From an uncultured Candidatus Binatia bacterium (GTDB lineage Bacteria; Desulfobacterota; Binatia; UBA9968; JAJDTQ01): DNA of 64,000 bases. The stretch lies in assembly GCA_965242525.1 (NCBI GenBank), contig OZ251459.1, positions 1,984,001 through 2,048,000 on the forward strand. Reading direction: 5' to 3'. The translations under genes were made by a program, and so were the position numbers. The notes beneath the pieces were generated by a model. It saw nothing but the letters and a program-made list of their open reading frames with translations, did not search any database and was not told the origin of the DNA. Of the stretch, positions 48,121 to 58,448 are shown piece by piece; the stretch's first letter is position 1; each line of letters starts with the position of its first letter.

Positions 48121-48755
48121 CGGCGCCGCTCCACCGTGCGGTTGGGGATGGCGCTCCAGCCCCGCGGGTCCGGCACGGTCTCGGAGCTCACCGTGAAGCC
48201 CCGGTCGCTCCGGCGGGCGCGCAGCCGGAAGTATTCCGGGTCCTCGTTGAACAAGGACCCCACATAGACGTTCTCCCGGTCGGCGATGACCATGTTCATG
48301 GCCCTGACGTACCGGGTCCTGCGGACGATTACGTCCATGCCCTTCCTCATGGCCGCGGCCATGTCGCCCTTGTCGAAGCGCTTGACGTAGTTGAACACCT
48401 TCTCCGCGCCGATGCGGCCGGCCTCGGATATGCGCACGCCCCGGAGCTCGCCGTTGAACGCGAACGCGTATTTGCCGTCGCAGAACGGCATGTTGTTCTC
48501 CACCGCGATGCCCTCGTCCCGGAAAGCGCTGCGCGCGTGGCCCAACAGCAGGGTGGAAGCGCCGAACTGCCCCAGGTCGTCCTCCCAGATGGGCCGGACG
48601 TTGCGATAGACCTTCCACTCGCCGTCCGCCAGGTAGGCGCAACCCCAGCCGTGGCCCTGGTATTCCGGGCTGTTCCGGGCGACCTGGGCGAGGTGCGACA
48701 GACGCTCGCCGATGTCGAACGGTTCCGACTCCTTGACGCAAAGCAGGCGGCACAT
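48117..48755 (-). CDS. Class II glutamine amidotransferase-like Ntn hydrolase (EgtC/YafJ-like)
   Basis: Cys at position 2 (MCRLL), HGWG, GHARSA, ENNMPF, FNG; ATGA overlap with lysZ. Confidence 0.8.
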   Translation of the reverse strand: MCRLLCVKESEPFDIGERLSHLAQVARNSPEYQGHGWGCAYLADGEWKVYRNVRPIWEDDLGQFGASTLLLGHARSAFRDEGIAVENNMPFCDGKYAFAFNGELRGVRISEAGRIGAEKVFNYVKRFDKGDMAAAMRKGMDVIVRRTRYVRAMNMVIADRENVYVGSLFNEDPEYFRLRARRSDRGFTVSSETVPDPRGWSAIPNRTVERRR

Positions 48756-48785
48756 GGACGAAGGACCCCCGATGACCCCCGGTTC

Positions 48786-49838
48786 CTACCCTCCGGGATG
48801 CAGCCCGGGAAACTCCAGACCCAAGGTCTCGTCGAAGCCGTTCATTAGGTTGAAGGCCTGGACCGCCTGTCCCGCGGCCCCCTTCATGAGGTTGTCCAAG
48901 GCGCTGAGCACCACCAGCCGATCCGACCCTTTCTCCTTCTGGAAGCCGATGTCGCAGTAGTTGGCGCCGCTCAGCAGCTTGGGCTCCGGGTAGCGGTAGA
49001 TGCCGTCGGCCTCCTTGACCATGCGGATGAAGGGTTCGCCGCGGTACGCCTCCCGGTAGATCTTCCACACGTCCTTCTCTTCCAAGGGCTCGCGCAGGAA
49101 CAGGTGCGCGGTGGCCAGCACGCCCCGCACCATCTCGATGGAGGTGGCCGAGAAATAGACGCGGATCCGTTGGCCGAAGCTCAACTCCTGCACGATCTCC
49201 GCGCTGTGGCGGTGCAGCGTGGGCATGAACGAGCGCACCGCGCCGCTTCGCTCCGGGTGGTGGGACGCCTCGCTGGCGGCGTTGCCTCCTTCGCTGGAGC
49301 CCACCTTGACCTCCACCACCGTGCGGTCCGGTTCCACCAGCCCTTTCCTGAACAACGGGTACAGGCCGAGGATCGTAGCGGTGGCGTTGCAGCCCGCGCC
49401 GGTGACCAGGCTCGCCCCCCGGATCTCGTCCCGGTGCAGCTCCGGGACGCCATAGACGAACTCCTTCAGGAGTTCCGGGCGCAGGTGGGGCTTGCCGTAC
49501 CAGCGCCGGTACTCGTCCGGGTCGTCGAGCCGGAAGTCCGCGCTCAGGTCCACGAGCCTGGGGGCCAGCCCCCGGAAATGGTCGATGCGCTCCATGGCTT
49601 GGCCGTGGGGCAGGCAGAGGAACAGCAGGTCGCAAGAGCCGAGTTCGTCCATGCGGCGGAACCGGAGCTGGGTGCGCTTCCGCAGGTTTGGGTGGGCTTT
49701 GGACGCGAACTTCCCCGCGTAGCGCTCCGAGGTGACCTCGCACACCTCCACCCCGGGATGCCACAGGAGCAGCCGCAGGAGCTCGCCGCCCGTGTAACCC
49801 GACGCCCCCGCGATGGAGACCTTCAGCTTCTCGCCCAC
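48786..49838 (-). CDS. lysY: [LysW]-aminoadipyl/glutamyl-phosphate reductase (LysY/ArgC)
   Basis: GASGYTGGELLRLL, HPNLRK, DLSADFRL, AGCNAT, SHHPERSG, DNLMKGAAG; GTG start at 49838. Confidence 0.88.
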   Translation of the reverse strand: MGEKLKVSIAGASGYTGGELLRLLLWHPGVEVCEVTSERYAGKFASKAHPNLRKRTQLRFRRMDELGSCDLLFLCLPHGQAMERIDHFRGLAPRLVDLSADFRLDDPDEYRRWYGKPHLRPELLKEFVYGVPELHRDEIRGASLVTGAGCNATATILGLYPLFRKGLVEPDRTVVEVKVGSSEGGNAASEASHHPERSGAVRSFMPTLHRHSAEIVQELSFGQRIRVYFSATSIEMVRGVLATAHLFLREPLEEKDVWKIYREAYRGEPFIRMVKEADGIYRYPEPKLLSGANYCDIGFQKEKGSDRLVVLSALDNLMKGAAGQAVQAFNLMNGFDETLGLEFPGLHPGG

Positions 49839-49953
49839 GGTCCGAGCCTCCCCCTCCCATGCGACATCGGAGCAACCTTCCCCGTTCGTCCGCGGCGATG
49901 CCGGCGGCCATGGACGCGGATGCAGCCCCCATGCGAGACCGGAACGACCTTCC

Positions 49954-49995
49954 CCGTTCGTCCTGAGCGTAGCGAAGCGAAGTCGAAGGACGCGC
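49954..49995 (+). repeat. 42-bp REP between lysX and lysY
   Basis: Full copy, preceded by a duplicated flank with about 72-bp period (CCCATGCGA...ACCTTCCCCGTTCGTCC at 49856 and 49928). Confidence 0.8.
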
Positions 49996-50052
49996 TTTCC
50001 CAAGGGAGAACCGCATCGTTCCGACGTTCCCCATGCGTCTTTGCGGCCCGGG

Positions 50053-50949
50053 TCACGACGCCCCCGGCCCCGGCCGGTCCGCGCCGTCCTTCCGGTCCCG
50101 TTCCTCCCGGGCCGCGGCGAGCACGTGCTCGACGATGAGCCCGGGGATGTTCACCCCGGTGGTGTCGATGCTGTTGCGGAACTCCATGGTGTAGTTGACC
50201 TCGTTGACCAGCAGCCCCTCCGGGGTCTCGAACAGGTCCGCGGCCACGATGCCGCCCCCCACCGCCCTGGCCGCGCGGACCGAGAGGTCCCGCAATTCGT
50301 CCGTCACCGGACAGTTCTCGGCGCGTCCGCCCCGGGCCGTGTTGGTGATCCAGTGGCCGCTGTAGCGGTAGATGGCGGCAACGCATTCGTCCCCGATGAC
50401 GAAACTGCGGATGTCCCGCCCGGACTTCTCCACGTACTGCTGGATGTAGAATATGGAGTGGTGGTAGGTGCCCAGAGTCGCCTTGTGCTCCAGGATCGAC
50501 TCCGCGGCGTCCCGGTCGTTGACCTTTGCCAGGAGCCTGCCCCAGGAACCCACCGCGGGCTTGAGCACCACCGGATAGCCCATCTCCTCGATGGCCTCCA
50601 GGGTGGACTGCTCGGTGAACGCGATGCGCACTTCGGGCTGGGGCACCCCGTGCTCCCGGAGATGCACCGACGTGAGGATCTTGTCGCCGCACACCCCGGC
50701 CACCAGCGACGAGTTGACGCAGCGCACGCCCGCGCTCTCGAACAGGCGCAGGCCATGCAGGGCCCGGGAATGGTTGATGCACCGCTCCAGCAGCACGTGG
50801 AGGTCGAAGCGGTCCCGGCCCAGGTTGAAGGAGAGCTTGCGGTCGTCGATCATCCTGAGATCGACCCCGGCCCGCTGGCGAAACTCCCGGATCAGGAGTT
50901 TCTCCTCGGGCCGCACCAGCGAATGCAGCAAACCGACCTTGAGGCTCAT
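50053..50949 (-). CDS. lysX: ATP-grasp LysW ligase (LysX/ArgX)
   Basis: [60 protein letters not shown]. Confidence 0.92.
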   Translation of the reverse strand: MSLKVGLLHSLVRPEEKLLIREFRQRAGVDLRMIDDRKLSFNLGRDRFDLHVLLERCINHSRALHGLRLFESAGVRCVNSSLVAGVCGDKILTSVHLREHGVPQPEVRIAFTEQSTLEAIEEMGYPVVLKPAVGSWGRLLAKVNDRDAAESILEHKATLGTYHHSIFYIQQYVEKSGRDIRSFVIGDECVAAIYRYSGHWITNTARGGRAENCPVTDELRDLSVRAARAVGGGIVAADLFETPEGLLVNEVNYTMEFRNSIDTTGVNIPGLIVEHVLAAAREERDRKDGADRPGPGAS

Positions 50950-51110
50950 TCTCCCCAGTCTTCCTCTTCCTGAGGCGCCTCGGTGACCTCCGGCGGGTCG
51001 AGGCTCGTGACCTCCAACTCCGTGCCGCAGTCGGCGCAGGCGATCAACTCGCCCTCCACTGCGTCGTCCTCCAGTTCCCACTCGGCTCCGCACACCGGAC
51101 ATTCGACCAT
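50946..51110 (-). CDS. lysW: Amino-group carrier protein LysW
   Basis: 54 aa, [10 protein letters not shown]...[10 protein letters not shown]...PQEEEDWGE: zinc finger plus the diagnostic EDWGE terminus; too short for the ORF track. Confidence 0.95.
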   Translation of the reverse strand: MVECPVCGAEWELEDDAVEGELIACADCGTELEVTSLDPPEVTEAPQEEEDWGE

Positions 51111-51156
51111 GGACGGTCACCTCCTCGTGCAGCTTTCCCTTTCCGGCTCTTGCGGT

Positions 51157-52548
51157 CTAGCGGGGGGAGCCGTCTGCCGCCACCGCGGCGATGGCGTCCC
51201 GCAAGACGGCGACCATCTCGTCGATCTGCTCCCGGGTGACCACCAGCGGCGGACACAACGCGAGGGTGTCGCCCGGGCACACCCGCAGCAGGAGGCCGTT
51301 GGCCAGCGCCTCTTCCAGGACCCTTCGCCCCACCTGCTCTTCCGGGGGAAATGGCTCCCGGGTGGCCTTGTCCTTCACCAGCTCCACCGCGGCCATGAGT
51401 CCCCGGCCGCGCACGTGGCCGACCGTGGGCAGGTCCGACAGGGTGGCCACCCGCTCCTGCAGGTAAGGACCCAACTCCGCGGCCCGCTCCACCAGGCGCT
51501 CCCGTTGGATGATGTCGAGGTTGGCCAGGGCCGCGGCGCACGCCACCGGGTGGCCGGTGTAGGTGTAGCCGTGGAAGAACGCGTCGTCGCCCTTGGCCAG
51601 GAGGGTCTGGAACAGATCCTCCTTGAACAGCATGGCGCCCAGCGGGAGATAGCCGCTGGTGATGCCCTTGGCGGTGATGAGCACATCCGGCGTCACGCCC
51701 TCCCCGGCGCACGCGAACAGGCTGCCGGTGCGCCCGAAGCCCGTGATCACCTCGTCGCAGACCATCAGGACGCCGTGCCGGTCACAGATCTCCCGGATGC
51801 GGGCAAGCCACCCCCGGGGCGGCACGACCACCCCGCCCCCGCCCTGGACGGGCTCGGCCACGAAGGCCGCCACCGCGTCCATGCCCTCCTGCTCGACGAT
51901 CCTTTCGAGCTCGTCGGCGCAGGCCAGCTCGCAGCCCGGCCAGGTCTTCCCCAACTCACAGCGGTAGCAGTGGGGCCGCGCCATGTGTTGCACTCCCGGC
52001 AGGCCCGGCTCCATCTGCCGGTTGAAGACCGGTATCCCCGTGAGCATGGCTGCGCCGCTGGAGGAGCCGTGGTAGCCGTGGTTCAAGGTGACGAACCGGG
52101 TGCGCCGGGGCTCCCCCCTGGCCTTCCAGTAGGCCCGCACCAGGCGGATCATGCTTTCGTTGGCCTCGGAGCCGCCGGAGGTGAACACCACCCGGGTGAG
52201 ACCCTCCGGAGCCATCTCCGCCAACCGGGACGCCAGCCGGACGGTGGGTTCCGAGGTGGGACCCACGAGGGTGGGCGCGAAGGCGAGCCGGTCCATCTGT
52301 TCGGCCGCCGCCCGGGTGATCTCGGTCCGCCCGTGGCCCACGTGCACGTTCCAGAGGGTGGAGAGGCCGTCGATGTAACGCTTGCCCAGGGCGTCCCAGA
52401 GATGGACCCCCTCGGCCCGGACGAATACCGGCAGGGTGCCGGACTGGTGCCGGGACAACGGCACGAAGCCGTGGACCAGGTGGTCCCGGTCCGCCCGGCT
52501 CAAGGCCGCAGCCCGCTCCAGGTCAACGGGAATCGGGACAGGGGGCAT
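51157..52548 (-). CDS. Class III (omega) aminotransferase
   Basis: GLSTLWNVHVGHGR, SGGSEANE, GYHGS, AEPVQGGGG, DEVITGFGRTG, AKGITSGYLP, HGYTYTGHP. Confidence 0.9.
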   Translation of the reverse strand: MPPVPIPVDLERAAALSRADRDHLVHGFVPLSRHQSGTLPVFVRAEGVHLWDALGKRYIDGLSTLWNVHVGHGRTEITRAAAEQMDRLAFAPTLVGPTSEPTVRLASRLAEMAPEGLTRVVFTSGGSEANESMIRLVRAYWKARGEPRRTRFVTLNHGYHGSSSGAAMLTGIPVFNRQMEPGLPGVQHMARPHCYRCELGKTWPGCELACADELERIVEQEGMDAVAAFVAEPVQGGGGVVVPPRGWLARIREICDRHGVLMVCDEVITGFGRTGSLFACAGEGVTPDVLITAKGITSGYLPLGAMLFKEDLFQTLLAKGDDAFFHGYTYTGHPVACAAALANLDIIQRERLVERAAELGPYLQERVATLSDLPTVGHVRGRGLMAAVELVKDKATREPFPPEEQVGRRVLEEALANGLLLRVCPGDTLALCPPLVVTREQIDEMVAVLRDAIAAVAADGSPR

Positions 52549-52551
52549 GGC

Positions 52552-53583
52552 TCACAGCCGGTAGTAGCGCCTGGGGTTGTCGCACAGGATCTTCTTGCGG
52601 AGGTCGGGGGCCAGGTCCTCGCGGGCGAAGAAGTCCGGCAGGTCGTGGAAGAACTCCGAGCGCGCCCGCTCGTGGGGGTAGTCCGAGGCCCACAGCACCT
52701 GGTCCCCTCCCAGCCGGTCCAGCACGTAGGGCAGGCTCTTCTCGTCCACCTCGCAGGTGAAGAAGATGTTGCCGCCCCGTATGATGTCGCTGGGGCGCTG
52801 CTGCACCGCCAGGGCGTGGCCGCGGCGCTCCCAGTTCTCGTCCAGTGCGTCCATCATGAACGGCACCCAGCCGGTGCCGCATTCGAGGTAGGCCACCCGC
52901 AATTTGGGGAAGCGGTCGAAGACGCCGCTGTTCACCATGCTCATGATCTGCATCATCTGCGGCATGGTGTGCTCCAGGGGGCGCGCTTCCGCCAAGCTCT
53001 CGAAGATGTCCAGGCCCAGGCCGGTGACCGGCCCGCCGTGGACCCCCAAAGGGCAGTCCAGCCGTTCCGCTTCGGCGTAGAGGGGGTCGAACTGGCTCCC
53101 TCCCAGGCCCACCAGCGGGGCCATGACCGACGGGATCACCCCCGACACCATGCCCAGTTCCTCGACGCAGCGGCGCAACTCCGCGACCGCGGCGCCGATG
53201 TCCTGCACCGGCAGCAGGGCCACGCCCTTGAGCCGATCCGACCGGCGCCCGAAGCAGTCGTGGAGCCAGTCGTTGTAGGCCCGGGCCACCGCGACGGCCC
53301 AGCCCTTGTTGCGGATCTGGCCGTGGAACAGGGCGTTGCTGGGGTAGAGGACCGTCTGTTCGATGTTCGACTCTTCCAGGAAGCCCAGCCAGTTGTCCGC
53401 GTCCGGCACCTCGGCCTTGTGGCGGGAGGACATGCCCCGCATCCAGCCGTCGGTGAGGGGAAAGAAATAGTATTCCCGGGTCCAGTCCTTGTCGCACCAG
53501 GGTTCCGGCAGGTAGCGGCGCAGGTCCTTGTCCTGGTCCACCACGTGGCCGTCCGCGTCGATGATCCCGTAGTCGAGTTCCAT
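52552..53583 (-). CDS. Amidohydrolase_2 family protein
   Basis: IDADGHV, AYNDWL, GVHG, LECGTGWVP, ASDYPH, DNPRRYY. Confidence 0.88.
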   Translation of the reverse strand: MELDYGIIDADGHVVDQDKDLRRYLPEPWCDKDWTREYYFFPLTDGWMRGMSSRHKAEVPDADNWLGFLEESNIEQTVLYPSNALFHGQIRNKGWAVAVARAYNDWLHDCFGRRSDRLKGVALLPVQDIGAAVAELRRCVEELGMVSGVIPSVMAPLVGLGGSQFDPLYAEAERLDCPLGVHGGPVTGLGLDIFESLAEARPLEHTMPQMMQIMSMVNSGVFDRFPKLRVAYLECGTGWVPFMMDALDENWERRGHALAVQQRPSDIIRGGNIFFTCEVDEKSLPYVLDRLGGDQVLWASDYPHERARSEFFHDLPDFFAREDLAPDLRKKILCDNPRRYYRL

Positions 53584-53615
53584 AGGGAAAAACCTCCGTA
53601 TGCGCTTCGGCGTAC

Positions 53616-55085
53616 TCAGCGTATCATCGAGCGGCCGGACTCGCCCGAATAGTTGACGAACACGGTCTTGAGCTCGGTGAAGAAGTTGATGCCTTCCTCG
53701 GACATCTCCCGCTCCCCCACCCCGGTGGCCTTGATGCCGCCGAAGGGAAGCTGGGCCTCGCCGCCGATGGTGGGTTCGTTCACGTGGACCATGCCGGTCT
53801 CCACTTCCTCCACGAAACGCATGACCGTCTGCACGTCCCGGGTGAAGATGGACGTGGTGAGGCCGAACTCCACCGAGTTGGCGAAGGCGATGGCCTGGTC
53901 CAGGTCCCCGGCCGCGGCCACCGAAAGCACCGGACCGAAGATCTCCTCGCGGAAGATGCGCATGTCGGGGGTCACGTCGTCGAACACCGTGGGCTCCACG
54001 TAGTAGCCGTGGTCCAGCCCCGGGGGCCGGCCGCCCCCGGCCACCAGCCGGGCCCCTTCCTGCTTGCCCACCTCGATGTACTCCAGGTCGGTCTTCCACT
54101 GGCTCTCGTCCACCGCGGGCCCCATGTCCACGTCGCCGTCCAGGCCCGGCCCCACGCGGATCTTCCGGGCGTGGTCCTCCAGCCGGGCCACCAGTTCGTC
54201 CTTGGCGGCGCCGATGGCGATGACCCGGGAGGTGGCGGTGCAGCGCTGGCCGGTGGAGCCGAAGGCCCCGTCCCGGATGGCCACCGCGGCCTTGTCCAGG
54301 TCGCAGTCGGGCATGACGATGACCGCGTTCTTGCCGCCCATCTCGCAAGTCACCTTGGCGCCCCGGGATGCGGCCTTCACGTAGAGGTCGCTGCCGATCT
54401 GGTTGGAGCCGGTGAACGACACCACCGGGATGCGCGCGGAACCCACCATGGTCTCGCCCACGTCCGACCCCGACCCCACCACCACGTTGAAGACCCCCGG
54501 CGGAAGGCCCGCTTCCTCATAGACCTCCGCCAGCAGGCCCGCGGTGGCGGGAGTCAGTGAGGCGGGCTTCAGCACCACCGAGTTGCCCGCCACCAGCGCC
54601 GGGGCCGACTTCCACACCGGTATGGCCCAGGGAAAGTTCCACGGCGCGATCAACCCCACCACCCCCATGGGCTGCCGGATGGTGTAGGTGAAGGTGTCCC
54701 GGGCCTCGGACGGAAGGGTCTTGCCGCCGATGCGGTAACCGGCCCCGGCGTTGTACTCCAGCAGCGAGACCCCCTTGAGCACCTCGCCCCGGGCCTCCTT
54801 GAATATCTTCCCCTCCTCGCGGGTCATGGTCTCGGCGATCTCGTCCGCGCGCCGGCGCGCGATGTCCGCGGCCCGCCAGAGCACCCGCCCCCGCTCCGGC
54901 CCCGGGGTCTTCCTCCACCCCCGGAAAGCGGCCGCCGCGGCGTCGATGGCCCCCTCGGTGTCCGCAGCCGTGGCCATGGGGAACTCGGCGATCACGTCCC
55001 GTGTGTCCGCGGGGTTGACGTTGCGCACCCGCCTGTCGGAATCGGGCTGGCGCCACTCGCCGTTGATGTAGGAACCGGTATGCAT
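53616..55085 (-). CDS. Aldehyde dehydrogenase (KGSADH-like)
   Basis: PWNFP, FTGS, EMGGKN, GQRCTA, EEIFGPV, PFGG. Confidence 0.92.
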   Translation of the reverse strand: MHTGSYINGEWRQPDSDRRVRNVNPADTRDVIAEFPMATAADTEGAIDAAAAAFRGWRKTPGPERGRVLWRAADIARRRADEIAETMTREEGKIFKEARGEVLKGVSLLEYNAGAGYRIGGKTLPSEARDTFTYTIRQPMGVVGLIAPWNFPWAIPVWKSAPALVAGNSVVLKPASLTPATAGLLAEVYEEAGLPPGVFNVVVGSGSDVGETMVGSARIPVVSFTGSNQIGSDLYVKAASRGAKVTCEMGGKNAVIVMPDCDLDKAAVAIRDGAFGSTGQRCTATSRVIAIGAAKDELVARLEDHARKIRVGPGLDGDVDMGPAVDESQWKTDLEYIEVGKQEGARLVAGGGRPPGLDHGYYVEPTVFDDVTPDMRIFREEIFGPVLSVAAAGDLDQAIAFANSVEFGLTTSIFTRDVQTVMRFVEEVETGMVHVNEPTIGGEAQLPFGGIKATGVGEREMSEEGINFFTELKTVFVNYSGESGRSMIR

Positions 55086-55207
55086 GCGCGTCTCCTTGGG
55101 GTTTCCTTGGCGTCTCCTTGGGATCGTGCACCGTGCGTTGACGTGAGTGCGATTAAAAAAGACTAACCGTGCCGTGTCAAGCGTTGGCGGGCCGTACCCG
55201 CCTTGAT

Positions 55208-55277
55208 CCGTTCGTCCTGAGCGTAGCGAAGCGAAGTCGAAGGACGCGCTCTTCCCCCGGGATTGTCCAGAGGTTCC
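55208..55277 (+). repeat. 42-bp REP plus IS5-like MITE end
   Basis: REP at 55208-55249, then GATTGTCCAGAGGTTCC. Confidence 0.72.
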
Positions 55278-55316
55278 TTGAAACCCCGAGCAGGATTTGC
55301 CATGGTTCCCGCCACC

Positions 55317-58300
55317 ATGAGACCCTCGCCTCTCCTTCAACCCTCGCCCTTCCTTCGCGCCGCGGTCCTCGCAGCCGGACTCCTGCTGGTTCCGTCCGCG
55401 GCCTGGAGCAAATCGGCCAAGGAAGTGTTCCAGCAAGCCGCCCCCTCGGTAGTCGTGGTGCTGGCCCTGGGCAGGAACGGCGCCACCACCGGCCAAGGCA
55501 GCGGCGTGGTGGTGGGCCGCACGGAAGTGGTCACCAACTGCCACGTGGTGGAAGACGCCGCGGGCATCGCGGTGCGCCAAGCCTCGGACCACACGGGCGA
55601 AACGACTTGGCGCATGGAGGCGTCCGTGCTGGCCCGGAACGACGAACGCGACCTGTGCCTGTTGTACGTGGACCAGTTGTCGGACCCGCCGGCACCCTCC
55701 ACGGCGCGCCTCGGTTCGGCCAAGACCTTGTCAGTGGGCGAGGAAGTCTATGCCATCGGCGCCCCCCGGGGCCTGGAACTGTCCCTGTCCCGCGGCATCG
55801 TGTCCCAACTGCGCGGCGTCCTGGGCAAGCGCCGTGGCCCCTTGATCCAGACCGACGCCGCCATCTCCCCCGGCTCGTCCGGCGGCGGCCTCTTCAACGC
55901 CAACGGCGAACTCGTCGGGATCACCACCTTCAAGCGGAGAGGCGAGAACCTGAACTTCGCCCTTCCCGCGGATTGGGTACGGGAGTTGCGGGAGCAGGGC
56001 CGGTCGGCGTTGGAGGCGGCGAAACTGCAGGCGGAGTGTGAGGAGAATCCGGATTTCGACTGTCTTGTGGCGCTGGCTGTGATGGATGCGGGGATGGAGG
56101 ATGCTGGTTTGCGAAGGCTTACCTTGTGGAACATCGCGGAGGCGCTACGTAACATCACAGAAATGCAAACCAAAGCAGGAAACGTGACTGATGCACTTCA
56201 AACCGCGCAGAAAATCGACGATGCTGGTTTCCGTGCAACGGTATTGAAAGGTATCAAAATCGCACACAGAGACATTCTAGCCGCACAAGCGAAAGCGGGA
56301 AACGTGACTGGTGCACTCAATACTGCGCAAAAAATCGACGACGCCGAGTGGCGTACAGAGATATTGGCTAAGATCGCAGTCACACAAGCGAAAGCGGGAA
56401 ACGTAGCTGACGCATTCGAAACCACGCAGACAATCGACGACCCGGAGTGGCATGCACGAACATTGGGTAGCATCGCATACGCACAAGTCGAAGCGGGAAA
56501 CGTGCCTGCTGCACTCAATACTGCGCAAAAAATCGATCGTGCAAAGGAGCGTGCAGCGATATTGACACTCATTGCACTCGCACAAGTCGAAGCAGGAGAA
56601 TCACAAGCGGCCAGAAAGACGCTAGCTAATGTAATCAATACCGCACAGACAATGGACGACCCGGAGTGGCGTGCACAGACATGGAGCTTCATCGCAGCTA
56701 TACAAATGGAGATGGGAAACGTGCCTGGTGCGCTCAATGCCGCGCAAAAAATCGACGACGCCGAGTCGGGTGCATATCTATTGAGCGAAATCGCAGTCAC
56801 ACAAGCGAAAGCGGGAAACGTGGCTGACGCACTCAAAACCATGCAGAGAATCAGCGACGCGGAGTGGCGTGCAACGGCATTAAGAGCCATTGCAGCCGCA
56901 CAAGCGAAAGCGAGAGAACCACAAGCAGCCAGAAAGACGTTGGCTAATGCAATCAATGCCGCACAGACAATCGACAATGCGTACAGGCGTGCAAGGGCAT
57001 TGGAAGATATTAAAACCGCACACAGAGATATTGCAACTGCACAAGCGAAAGCGGGAAACGTGGCTGACGCACTCGAAACCACGCAGAGAATCGACGACCC
57101 AGACTGGCGTGCACGAACGTTGACCGGCATCGCAGCCGCACAAATGGAAACGGGAGAGCGGCGATCAGCCAGAAATACATTCGCTGAGGCAATCAATGCC
57201 GCACAGACAATCGACAAGGCGTGGGCCCGTTCGTCGAGATTGACAGAAGTTGCAGCCGCACAAGCAAAAGCAGGGGAGCAGCAAGCAGCCAGAAATACAT
57301 TCACTAAGGCAATCAATGCCACGCAGAGAATCGACGACCCGGAGGGGCGTGCAGGAACATTGACTGGCATCGCAGCCGCACAAGCGAAAGCGGGAGAGTG
57401 GCAAGCGGCCAGCAATACATTCACTGAGGCAATCAATGTCGCACAGACAATCGACAATGCGTACCTGCGTGCATTGGGATTGAAGAAGATCGCAACTGCA
57501 CAAGCGAAAGCAGGAAACGTGGCTGACGCACTCGAAACCACGCAGAGAATCCACGACCCGGACTCACGTGCACAAACGTTGACCGGCATCGCAGCCGCAC
57601 AAATGGAAACGGGAGAGCGGCGATCAGCCAGCAATACATTCGCTGAGGCAATCAATGCCGCACAGACAATCGACAAGGCGTGGGCCCGTTCGTCGAGATT
57701 GACAGAAGTCGCAGCCGCACAAGCAAAAGCAGGGGAGCAGCAAGCAGCCAGAAATACATTCACTGAGGCAATCAATGCCACGCAGAGAATCGACGACCCG
57801 GAGCGGCGTGCACAAACATTGACTGGCATCGCAGCCGCACAAATGGAAACGGGAGAGCGGCGATCAGCCAGAAATACATTCACTGAGGCAATCAATGCCG
57901 CACAGAGAATCCATAGTGCAAAGCCCCGCTCGTCGAGATTGGAGGAAATCGCAACCGCACAAGCGAAAGCGGGAGAGCAGCAAGCGGCCAATCGGACGTT
58001 GACTGCTGCTTTCGATGCGGCACAGTATCTCAATACGCCCTACGATCGCCTTACGACCTCTGCAAGAATCTTGTCCACCCAGGCGAAAACAGGAAATGTC
58101 AATGACGCGATGGAAGCCTTCAAGAAGACATTCAAGGCCCGGGAGACACATCTTTCGGAAGCGGCGTTGAGGCTGGATCGCTCAGATCGAGTCCTGGTCC
58201 AGCGTGGTCTCGCGTCGTTGGGCAAGGACGTGGGGGCTGCCGACGGAGTTTTCGGACAACGGACCCGGGCGGCGGTGCGTTCGTGGCAAGTGGATGCAGG

Positions 58301-58448
58301 GTTCAAGGCCACCGGCCACCTGACACGAGAGCAGGCGGCCAGACTGATCGCCGCCGGTCGTCGTGCTGCCGCCGCGGCGACGGAAACACAACGGCTGAAG
58401 GAGTTTTGCGCTGAAGTCCCACAGTCCGAGCTTTGCCGTGACCTTTGA
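55317..58448 (+). CDS. Secreted trypsin-like (S1C) protease with TPR-like repeats and C-terminal peptidoglycan-binding domain
   Basis: Signal peptide; triad motifs TNCHV, DLCLL, ISPGSSGG; many IAxAQAKAG helical repeats; VQRGLASLG...ADGVFGQRTRAAVRSWQ...TG (PG_binding_1). Confidence 0.85.
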   Translation: MRPSPLLQPSPFLRAAVLAAGLLLVPSAAWSKSAKEVFQQAAPSVVVVLALGRNGATTGQGSGVVVGRTEVVTNCHVVEDAAGIAVRQASDHTGETTWRMEASVLARNDERDLCLLYVDQLSDPPAPSTARLGSAKTLSVGEEVYAIGAPRGLELSLSRGIVSQLRGVLGKRRGPLIQTDAAISPGSSGGGLFNANGELVGITTFKRRGENLNFALPADWVRELREQGRSALEAAKLQAECEENPDFDCLVALAVMDAGMEDAGLRRLTLWNIAEALRNITEMQTKAGNVTDALQTAQKIDDAGFRATVLKGIKIAHRDILAAQAKAGNVTGALNTAQKIDDAEWRTEILAKIAVTQAKAGNVADAFETTQTIDDPEWHARTLGSIAYAQVEAGNVPAALNTAQKIDRAKERAAILTLIALAQVEAGESQAARKTLANVINTAQTMDDPEWRAQTWSFIAAIQMEMGNVPGALNAAQKIDDAESGAYLLSEIAVTQAKAGNVADALKTMQRISDAEWRATALRAIAAAQAKAREPQAARKTLANAINAAQTIDNAYRRARALEDIKTAHRDIATAQAKAGNVADALETTQRIDDPDWRARTLTGIAAAQMETGERRSARNTFAEAINAAQTIDKAWARSSRLTEVAAAQAKAGEQQAARNTFTKAINATQRIDDPEGRAGTLTGIAAAQAKAGEWQAASNTFTEAINVAQTIDNAYLRALGLKKIATAQAKAGNVADALETTQRIHDPDSRAQTLTGIAAAQMETGERRSASNTFAEAINAAQTIDKAWARSSRLTEVAAAQAKAGEQQAARNTFTEAINATQRIDDPERRAQTLTGIAAAQMETGERRSARNTFTEAINAAQRIHSAKPRSSRLEEIATAQAKAGEQQAANRTLTAAFDAAQYLNTPYDRLTTSARILSTQAKTGNVNDAMEAFKKTFKARETHLSEAALRLDRSDRVLVQRGLASLGKDVGAADGVFGQRTRAAVRSWQVDAGFKATGHLTREQAARLIAAGRRAAAAATETQRLKEFCAEVPQSELCRDL
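57035..57845 (+). repeat. Near-identical 459-bp tandem duplication in the repeat region
   Basis: TGACCGGCATCGCAGCCGCACAAATGGAAACG occurs at 57121 and 57580 (offset 459 bp = 153 codons), with long flanking identity. Confidence 0.8.

Noticed and set aside
56150-58130. Possible CRISPR array or DGR template/variable repeats
   Set aside because: The repeats are in-frame protein repeats, I see no adenine-specific mismatch pattern, and there is no reverse transcriptase in the window.
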